Shown here: positions 49,087 through 59,300 of the stretch, one piece after another
Layout: the number at the start of each line of letters is the position of its first letter
Position numbering within the stretch: the stretch's first letter is position 1
NCBI GenBank assembly: GCA_964187785.1
Contig: OZ076409.1
Location: forward strand, 46,006,001 to 46,070,000
Length of the DNA stretch: 64,000 nt
DNA from: Amphiscolops sp. MND2022
Taxonomy: Eukaryota
Direction: 5' to 3'
Position numbers and translations under genes: made by a program
The notes under the pieces: model-generated
Seen by the model: the letters and a program-made list of their open reading frames with translations, nothing else
The model's database searches: none
Told to the model about the DNA's origin: nothing

Positions 49087-49543
49087 GGATATTTGGAGAT
49101 TTTTAAGCAATACTATCGACATTTGAATATACCGGATTTGGTGTTTCAGCAAGACAAAGCCTAAGGACACAAAAGTGTAGTTGTTTGCAATTTTCTGGCC
49201 CAAAAGCAATGGGAGGTGCTGGATTGGCCAGCTTACAGTCCTGACCTGAATCCTATTGAAAATATTTGGTCCATATTTAAAAAAAAGCTTGCGAGGTCAG
49301 ATTGTTACCTAGGAGAATTTAGAAGAAAAGGTTATGGAAGTGTGGAACAATATAAACCCTGATGTTGTTCGCAACTTGTACTCATCGTATGAGAATCGTC
49401 TGGTGAAGGTAATCAAAAACCATGGCAGTTTGACGGGATATTGATTTATTATTTGTTTCAACAGTTGTTTCAAATTTTACTCTGTTCGGTTTTTTTTTAA
49501 AAAAAAAGTGTTGGTGTACCTAGTTTTTTGATACCATAGTGTA
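49087..49543 (+). pseudogene. Tc1 (DD34E) transposase 3' fragment with right TIR and TA
   Basis: VFQQDKA*GH...LDWPAYSPDLNPIENIW (34 residues between D and E) ...YENRLVKVIKNHGSLTGY*. The end ...GATACCATAGTG|TA is at 49541. Confidence 0.9.
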
Positions 49544-51299
49544 TATGTAATGAAAGCAATCATAGAGCAATCTAGTCCAATGATGTGTTATGAAAACAAT
49601 GATTAAGTGGGCTTCAATATCCCGTTTGAAAAAAACCTGTATCGAGTACCTGAACGTGCGATGCAAAGTTTTGTGACTTACGAAGTATGAGAAGTCAATT
49701 TCAGAAATGAAATAATTATTAATCCTATGCAGTGTTCATCTTTGATCATTATGATAATCTATAGAACTTGAAATTGAGCCATTAAGCTTATTTTGACCCG
49801 AAGATTTTGACAATTATATGCGCCCCAGAATGAGCTGTGAGCTATCACAACTGTGAGCTATAACTGATCAATTCTCAATTCTTCCTGTGAATCAGTTTCT
49901 CAAAACAGTTCATGTGATACCGTGTCTAATTTGTTATGCGAAACCATTTTCATAACCATTATTTATCCTTTGTTAAATTCGCAATTTTATGACCAGGATT
50001 AAATCTTGGTAATAAATGTGCGTTTTTATGAACTCTAAAGTGTCTGGTCAAACACGTTTGACATTTCATCTTCGTTTCCTCCCAAAAATGGTGTTTAAAA
50101 TGTACTTTTTGATTGTTTTGCGTGGCATAGCTATAAGTCATATCAAGCGATAACTCATAATAATTAAGGGAAATTGAAAAACCATTCCAGGTTTGTCAAT
50201 AGGTTACAAATACCCAAACTATACTTCGAAAACACTGTAATTAGCGGCAATTAGAAAAACTTATTCATTAATAAATCTTATTCATTTCATTCTATTCAGG
50301 AATTTTTTCTCTGCAAATCCTTCTTAGATCAAAGTGTATAATTAAAATAATGAAATTACTATCAAAGGTACTGATTCTTACCACACTTTGTTACTACGTT
50401 ACAATTTTTAAAACTGCTCATCAATTGATAACTACATGTCTAATTATTAAATACATCATTTGGATTAAAATTTCAACTTCTCTGATATAGGATTTAATTT
50501 TCTGATATGAATTTCGTCTGATATGAGTAGTCAATTGATAAGTTGATTAGATGTGCAGAAGCTGACGAAAATACTGCGTAATTTTTTTCCTCCTGTTAAT
50601 GATGTGTTAATGATCTAGATTTACTGTACTTCAAAACCAAGTTCAGTTTTCGGCGTCCCGAAAATGAGGAAGCTGAAGGTTAAACCTTGAGAAAATAAGA
50701 ATCAGACCAGTTAAGCAGACCAGAAGTTGAGATGCGTTTTATCAAGGAAGCGTGACAAGATTGAATGCCTCAGTCAGAGGGAAGCGTTTTGGAACAGTTT
50801 TTTACAGTTGAATCGACGCCGGGTCGAATAGAGTGTGAAAAACAATGTGGCGTTTTCAAAGCGAAGCTACTGCAAAGTATAAATGCCTGGCGCTGTACTT
50901 CAATTTTCATGAAGTTTTGATTTTTATTTCATGTTTTGAATTCACTTGAAATAAAACCTATTTCTTCGAGAAAACATATTATTTAAAAGTCCTGTTTTCC
51001 ATCTTGCTAAGAAGAATTCCCAGGAAAAACGCCACGACTCGTCGCATAGAAGGGTCCAAGATTTTAACCAGTAGAACTGAAGATGAAAAAAGGTCTCCAA
51101 AAGCGATTAAAAAACATTACAAAAAAAATCGAGAACACGGTTTCAAGAAGACTAAAATTAAATGTGAAGAAACTAGTACAATTTGCATGTTAGCAAAAAA
51201 ATCCTGCATGTTTTTTGAAAAGCTCTACTGAGGAGGTGAGACGTGATTGTGTGAAAAAAATTATGAAGTTGCTAACGATGCCGACATGTTTCCACTTTT

Positions 51300-51820
51300 T
51301 AGTGGTTAACACGGATTTCCGGTCCTAGTGCAGAGCTCTGAGCATCAAGAGTATGTGGGTTCGAGTCCCGCTGAAAACTTTTAAGTTTGCAAAAGTATGG
51401 GGAGACCAAAAGGGAGTCCCTCTTCGAATTTTTTGGCACTATGCGACTTTTTTCAGAAGTTTCTTCAATCGAAATGATATGATTTTTAGGCCCCTCTTGA
51501 TTTTTAGCAGGAACAAAACGTCTTGCAAGCATAGAGGGCCACGTTCATTTTTTCGGTACAATGCGACGATTGAAACTTTTTTGGTTTCTTGAGATTTTCT
51601 GATCGAAGACACTTTTCGGAGTCTAAAGTGTGATCGCATTGACCATTTTTGGTCCTGTGGAACAAATGAGAGTTTTCTCAATAATTGGGGAAATGACCTC
51701 CGGTATTTTTCGGCTCTGTGCGACTTCGAAACAAACTTTTGTTCAGTCAAAGTGTACCCCCTTCACTTTCATAATTGTTTCGGGCTTGGAACCGCCAAAT
51801 TGGGCCGGTCTCGGATTGTT
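51300..51820 (+). mobile_element. HINE-related repeat with a tRNA-like segment
   Basis: TAGTGGTTAA ... GTGGGTTCGAGTCCC; GGCACTATGCGACTTTTT internal motif; 3' CCGCCAAATTGGGCCGGTCTCGGATTGTT. Confidence 0.55.
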
Positions 51821-52280
51821 TTTAAATTAGACTGCATAAAGTCACTTTCTATACTAGTCTATTACTAAAAACAGCTATTGAAAAAAAATTGAATTAAACA
51901 TGCAAACAATGACAATTGGATGCGCTTGGCGCAAATGTACAGTGGTATCCTAGACGAATGCAAGTTAGCTGCGCGAAGTGAGAGAGATTCTTAATTCCAT
52001 TTAGTTCATGCGGCCTTGATCAAAATTAAAAATCAAATAGTTCGAGTCCTCACAATATTTCAAGGGTCAATTCTCAAGTTTTTTCCTAAATGTCATTTTT
52101 TGCAGAAAAATATAATGGAAGAAAAATTTATATGGGCAAATTTGAAATTTCCGTTGCATTCATTTCCAGATAGGGAGTTCAGATATAAATTGGCAAAAAA
52201 ACAGCCTCCATTATAAGTGTTTGGATTTTCATGATAACAAACCATACCAAAGGTTTTAAATAATTTGAAGGTATTTTTAA

Positions 52281-52723
52281 TTGGCGTTTTCGAAGAAAAT
52301 GCACGACTCTTACAATGACTAGTTTTTTTCGTCGGTTCAACGCAATCGGTCCACTCTTTTGTTCATTTTTTCAAATTTTTGGCCGGCTAATTTTCTGGGG
52401 TCTGAGAAGCAGGAGAGCGTGGGTTCGAGTCTCGCACTAAACCACAAATTTTTCTTAAGCTTCCAAAAGTAAAGGGTCCCCCCTTTGGGTTTTTTCCGGC
52501 ACTATGCGACTTTTTTTACCAAATACTTTTTTGAGTTTTTTTCCAAAGACAGGTTAGTTTTTTCTGTTTCCAGTTCAGAAAAAAAGCTGTTTTCGAGTTT
52601 CGGGGAAAACCCTTTCGGGTATTTTTCGGCACTAAGTGATAGTTAAAAAATTTCACAATAGTTGTTCCTTGAACATTTTTGAGCCTTAGATAAGACGTCG
52701 ACTTGGGCCGTTCCCGACTTGTT
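52281..52723 (+). mobile_element. HINE-like element with a tRNA B-box segment
   Basis: 5' GGCGTTTTCGAAGAAAAT..CGACTCTTACA as at 17259; GTGGGTTCGAGTCTCGCACTAAACCAC as at 15086; 3' GTCGACTTGGGCCGTTCCCGACTTGTT. Confidence 0.75.
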
Positions 52724-53384
52724 TAACTAACTTCACGCTAGCTGGAACATAGTCGTGACCTAGGAAAATTATTTTTGAATAATTTTAGCGGTTTTCTATT
52801 TTTGAAACACGGAAGTTAAGGCAAGGATCTTTGTGATTAAAGATCCTTGTAATTACAATAAAAATGCAAGTAACTTTGGCAAATTTGTCGATTCTGAATA
52901 CTCTCTGAGATATAAGTCACCAAAAATTGATATTACATCGCATTCTTTCAGGATAACACTGTACTTCACAATTTCCCTTTATGGAATAAGTTCAAAGATG
53001 TAATTATTTTACAAGATAAGCTGAGGATTTGAAAGCTTTAACGCTCTTTAGCATTTTGAAAGGAACATCACAGCACTAAGCTTCTGAGACATGAGTGAAA
53101 ACCAAGTCTCGAATGGAATAATTCATTTTGAGTTGTAATAAAAATAGTATTTTTTCATGCAAACCAATTTGGACTTGATTGGAAGAAAAGACGACTAGAA
53201 ATTCATGCGGTCTAAACACAGGCTACATACTTAGCAGGTACATGTGAAATGCGGCAAGCAGTAGCAAGCACAGCTGGAGTTAAGACCGGAAGTGAAATCG
53301 GCCGAAGTGTTCAGAGAACATCTTAGCACCAAATTGCATAGCGGACAGAAGAAGTTTGATTGTTCGTCAGTGTCAACATTCAGT

Positions 53385-56300
53385 TTATTTCGCTTTGGGT
53401 GGCAACGTTGGTTTCGAAGCAGTTGATGACACCGATGCTCTTTTAGCAGCAGTGGCGCCAACTGTGGAAGATTTGGTAGAAATTGGCCCAGATGACACGG
53501 AAGATTTGGTAGCAGCTGGTTTGGCAGCAGCCGGTTTTGCAGTTGAGCTGCTGGGTGAAGCCCGTACAGTTGAAACCCCGGGAGTAGTCTTCACCGTCGT
53601 GACCGGTTTTGATGTTGCAGTTGTTGGTGGTTTGGCAGTTACAGGAGAACTCTTCACCTGAACAGAAGCTGTTTCTTTCTTGATCATTGTCTTTGTATCT
53701 TTACTGGGTACTGCAGCAGTTGACGAAACAGTTTTCACTGTTTTGGTTGCAGTAGGAGTAATGGAAGCTTTAATGACCGGTTTTGTGGTAGGTTTTGCTT
53801 TTACATCCGAAGAAGCAGGAGTTTTGCTCGTAGATTCTGGTTTAGCAGCTACTCTGGCTGCAGGTGACGGAGTTTTCGTAGCTGTGGCTGTTTTAGCAGC
53901 ATTACTTGCGACAACACTTCCACGTGAACCTCTCAAATCAGGATTTGATTTTCCTTGAGCTCCAGTTGTAACAGATGACCTTCTGGGACTTGCAGCAGAA
54001 GAGTCGTTTTTCGTTTCATCTTTTTTGTCAGATGTTGGCACAGGTTTTTTAGATAAATTTCCAGTCGAGTTAGACAAAAGTGGTTTTGGTTTTGCAGTAA
54101 TACTTGTCTTCGCAGTAGTAGTATTGGTTTTCACAGCAGTAGTAGTAGTGCTAGTTTTTGCAGCGGTCGTACTTGTTTTCGCGACAATGGATGTAGTACT
54201 GGTCTTTGCGGTAGTAGCAGAGCTAGGTTTGGAGATCACTGGCGTTGTTTTCTTGACTGTTGATGAACTCGATGTCTTGGCAGCACTTGTTGGTGTTGAT
54301 TTGGTAACGGATGACTTGGCGGCTGCAGTTGGTTTAGACGATGTGGAAGAAACTGCTTTCGCTGGCGCTTTACTAGTGAGGCTGGTCCTATTCGCAGTTT
54401 TGGAAACAACCGGGCTAGTTTTACCGGACGAAGCACTTTTGATACCAGCTTTAGAGGCCACTTCTTTTTTTGGCTTAACGTCTTTTTGAACGTCGTCACT
54501 CGATGCTTTAGAAACACTTTCATTCGATTTCTCAATTGAAGATTCCATGTCTTTTTGTTCGCTTCCACTTTCATTGCTTGAAACCAATGAAGATTCCATA
54601 TCCGATGACGTAGGTATTCCATGATCAACCAAAGACTTTGTTGACCCCTTCGCCTTTTCAATCAGAGCTTCTGTATCTGGCGTCTCGGATTCTTTTTCAG
54701 GAATTGCAATTTTGGAAGATACATCTGGTTCAACTGCAACCTCTGCAAATTCTACTTTTGGTTCAACTAGGGCGTCTGAAATTGGTTTTTTAGACTCTTG
54801 TTCAGCCACAGCACCTTCTAAAGGTTGCAATTGTGGTTCAGCAGGAGAATCTGGGCCTAGTTTCTCGGGTTCAAGCTCAGAAGCAACAGCTTCTGAAGGC
54901 TCCACATGTAGTTCAACTACAGCCTCTTCTGTGTCGGCTTTTTGAGGCTCTGATTCAGGAGCTAGAGGCTCTGTGGATTCGATTTGTGGTTCACTATGAG
55001 CTTCTGAAGAATCCATTTGTCGTTCAGAAGGAGACTCTGTATCTACTTTCTCAGGTTCAAAGACAGAAGCTTCAGCTTCCTTCGATTCCACTTCAGGTTC
55101 ACCTGGTGCTTCTGTGGACTCCACTTGTTGTTCAGATAGAGGTTGTCTACCTACTTTCTCAGGTTCAGTGACGGGAGCTTCGGCTTCTTTCGCTTCCACT
55201 TCTGGTTCAATTTCTGTGGACTCCACTTGTGGTTCAGACAGAGGTTCTGTATCTACTTTCTCAGGTTCAGTGACGGGAGCTTCAGCTTCTTTCGATTCCA
55301 CCTCAGGTTCACCTGGGGCGTCTGTGGACTCCACTTGTGGTTCAGATAGAGGTTCTGTATCGACTTTCTCAGGTTCAGTGACGGGAGCTTCGACTTCTTT
55401 CGCTTCCACTTCTGGTTCAATTTCTGTGGACTCCACTTGTGGTTCAGGCAGAGGTTCTGTATCTACTTTCTCAGGTTCAGTGACGGGAGCTTCAGCTTCT
55501 TTCGATTCCACCTCAGGTTCACCTGGGGCGTCTGTGGACTCCACTTGTGGTTCAGATAGAGGTTCTGTATCGACTTTCTCAGGTTCAGTGACGGGAGCTT
55601 CAGCTTCTTTCGCTTCCACTTCTGGTTCAATTTCTGTGGACTCCACTTGTGGTTCAGGCAGAGGTTCTGTATCTACTTTCTCAGGTTCAGTGACGGGAGC
55701 TTCAGCTTCTTTCGATTCCACCTCAGGTTCACCTGGGGCGTCTGTGGACTCCACTTGTGGTTCAGATAGAGGTTCTGTATCGACTTTCTCAGGTTCAGTG
55801 ACGGGAGCTTCGGCTTCTTTCGCTTCCACTTCTGGTTCAATTTCTGTGGACTCCACTTGTGGTTCAGACAGAGGTTCTGTATCTACTTTCTCAGGTTCAG
55901 TGACGGGAGCTTCAGCTTCTTTCGATTCCACCTCAGGTTCACCTGGGGCGTCTGTGGACTCCACTTGTGGTTCAGATAGAGGTTCTGTATAGACTTTCTC
56001 AGGTTCAGTGACGGGAGCTTCGGCTTCTTTCGCTTCCACTTCTGGTTCAATTTCTGTGGACTCCACTTGTGGTTCAGGCAGAGGTTCTGTATCTACTTTC
56101 TCAGGTTCAAAGACAGAAGCTTCAGCTTCCTTCGATTCCACTTCAGGTTCACCTGGTGCTTCTGTGGACTCCACTTGTTCTTCAGATAGAGGTTGTGTAC
56201 CTACTTTCTCAGGTTCAGTGACGGGAGCTTCGGCTTCTTTCGCTTCCACTTCTGGTTCAATTTCTGTGGACTCCACTTGTGGTTCAGACAGAGGTTCTGT

Positions 56301-59300
56301 ATCTACTTTCTCAGGTTCAGTGACGGGAGCTTCAGCTTCTTTCGATTCCACCTCAGGTTCACCTGGGGCGTCTGTGGACTCCACTTGTGGTTCAGATAGA
56401 GGTTCTGTATCGACTTTCTCAGGTTCAGTGACGGGAGCTTCGACTTCTTTCGCTTCCACTTCTGGTTCAATTTCTGTGGACTCCACTTGTGGTTCAGGCA
56501 GAGGTTCTGTATCTACTTTCTCAGGTTCAGTGACGGGAGCTTCAGCTTCTTTCGATTTCACCTCAGGTTCACCTGGGGCGTCTGTGGACTCCAGTTGTGG
56601 TTCAGATAGAGGTTCTGTATCTACTTTCTCAGGTTCAGTGACGGGAGCTTCAGCTTCTTTCGATTCCACCTCAGGTTCACCTGGGGCGTCTGTGGACTCC
56701 ACTTGTGGTTCAGATAGAGGTTCTGTATCTACTTTCTCAGGTTCAGTGACGGGAGCTTCGGCTTCTTTCGCTTCCACTTCTGGTTCAATTTCTGTGGACT
56801 CCACTTGTGGTTCAGGCAGAGGTTCTGTATCTACTTTCTCAGGTTCAGTGATGGGAGCTTCAGCTTCTTTCGATTCCACCTCAGGTTCACCTGGGGCGTC
56901 TGTGGACTCCACTTGTGGTTCAGATAGAGGTTCTGTATCTACTTTCTCAGGTTCAGTGACGGGAGCTTCGGCTTCTTTCGCTTCCACTTCTGGTTCAATT
57001 TCTGTGGACTCCACTTGTGGTTCAGGCAGAGGTTCTGTATCTACTTTCTCGGGTTCAGTGACGGGAGCTTCAGCTTCTTTCGATTCCACCTCAGGTTCAC
57101 CTGGGGCGTCTGTGGACTCCACTGGTGTTTCAGACAGAGGTTCTGTATAGACTTTCTCAGGTTCAGTGACGGGAGCTTCGGCTTCTTTCGCTTCCGCTTC
57201 TGGTTCAATTTCTGTGGACTCCACTTGTGGTTCATGCAGAGGTTCTGTATCTACTTTCTGAGGTTCAGTGACAGGAGCTTCAGCTTCCTTCGATTCCACC
57301 TCAGGTTCACCTGGGGCGTCTGTGGACTCCACTGGTGTTTCAGACAGAGGTTCTGTATAGACTTTCTCAGGTTCAGTGACGGGAGCTTCGGCTTCTTTCG
57401 CTTCCACTTCTGGTTCAATTTCTGTGGACTCCACTTGTGGTTCAGGCAGAGGTTCTGTATCTACTTTCTGAGGTTCAGTGACGGGAGCTTCAGCTTCTTT
57501 AGATTCCACCTCAGGTTCACCTGGGGCGTCTGTGGACTCCACTGGTGTTTCAGACAGAGGTTCTGTATAGACTTTCTCAGGTTCAGTGACGGGAGCTTCA
57601 GTTTCTTTCGATTCAAGTTCAGGTTCACCTGGGTCTTCCGTGGAATCCACTTGTGGTTCAGACAGAGGTTCCGCGTCTACTTGCCCGGGTTCAGTGACAG
57701 GAGCTTCGGCTTCTTTCGCTTCCACTTCTGGTTCAATTTCTGTGGTCTGCAGTTGTGGTTCAGAAAGATGTTTGGTATCTACTTCCTCAGCTTCAGTGAC
57801 ATGAGCTTCAGGTTCTTTCGGTTCCACTTCTGGTTCAACTGAGTCTTCTGTGGTCTCAAGTTGTGGTTCAGAAAGAGGTTCTGTATTTACCTTCTCAGGT
57901 TCAGTTACGGTTACGGGAGCTTCGGCTCCAGTTTCCATTTCTGGTTCATTTGGAGCATTCGAGTATTTTACTTCTGTTCCATTTGAAATTTCAGTATCCG
58001 TCTTCTCAGGTTCAAGTCCAGGAACTGAAGTTTCATTAGACTCAAAGTGGGATTTAAATGAACTTTCTGTTTGTGGCTTCTCAGGCTCTGTTTCGTGAGC
58101 TGTAGTTTCAGTGGATTCAATTTGTGGTTCGATAGGTGTTTGTGTATCTGTCTTCTCAGGTTCTGGTTCAATGGCTACAGTCTCCGTAGACTCGACTCGT
58201 GGTTCGACAGCAGCTTCTGTGGATTCTACAAGTGATTCGACTGCAGCTTTTGCGGATTTTACTTGCGACTCAGCTGTAGCTTTTACATCTGCTTTTTCAG
58301 ACTCTGGTACAGGTGCTTCTGAAAAGTCTTCTGTATGTGTCTTCTCATGTTCTGGTTCAGGAGTTGCTTCTTCGAAGGTCTCTAGCTCAATAGGAGCTTT
58401 TGTGAACTCTACTTGTGGTTCGACTGGAATTGTGCGATGAGTCTTCTCAGGTTCTGTTTCAATAGCAATAATTTCGGTAGCTTGTGGTTCAAGGAGAAGT
58501 TCAGTGAACTCTATTTGTTGTTTCGTTGAAACTTCTTCATCTAGCTCGGGTTCTGTTTCTGTTTCGGGAGTCACACCTACTTTACTCTCGGATTGTGGTT
58601 CGGTAGTCTGTCGCTCAGCTTCTGAATCAGTTTGCACTGTTTCAACCTTTTTCTCTTCAGCACTAGGTTCTTTTTTGTCTTGCTCCGCTTCAACAGTTTC
58701 TACCTCCCGTTCTGCATGTGACTCGACTGGCGCCTCGAGTGCATCTTCGAGCTTGTCTTTCGGAGGAGCTGATTGCTCGACTGATTCTCGTGAACAATCA
58801 ACCGGTTCCTTTTCAGTGTCTAGTTTGTGAGACTCGGCCTCTTGAGCAGCAGATTCAATTTCTGGCGCATCATGTGATTGAACAGCACGCTCTGTCTCAG
58901 CAACTGCATCTCGTGAATCCTCAGCCGGTTCTGTTCCAGTGATCGGTTCTTGAGCTTCTCCTTCTGAAGCAACAGGCTCTTCTTCAGGGGCTTCCTCGAA
59001 ATCAGCATCAGGTTCTACTTCCTCCTCTGATTCTTCGGCCTCAGCATTTGCATCTCGTGAATCATCAACCGGTTCTGTTGCAATGACCCCTTCTTGATCT
59101 TCTCCTTCTGAAGCAACAGGCTCTTCTTCAGGGGCTTCCTCTAAATCAGCATCAGGTTCTACTTCCTCCTCTGGTTCTTCGGCCTCAGCATTTGCATCTC
59201 GTGAATCATCGACCGGTTCTGTTGCAATGACCCCTTCTTGATCTTCTCCTTCTGAAGCAACAGGCTCTTCTTCAGGGGCTTCCTCTAAATCAGCATCAGG

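Noticed and set aside
55114..57842. Long plus-strand ORFs (292, 380 and 275 aa; G/S/T- or F/R-rich)
   Set aside because: Antisense shadows of the repetitive minus-strand CDS.
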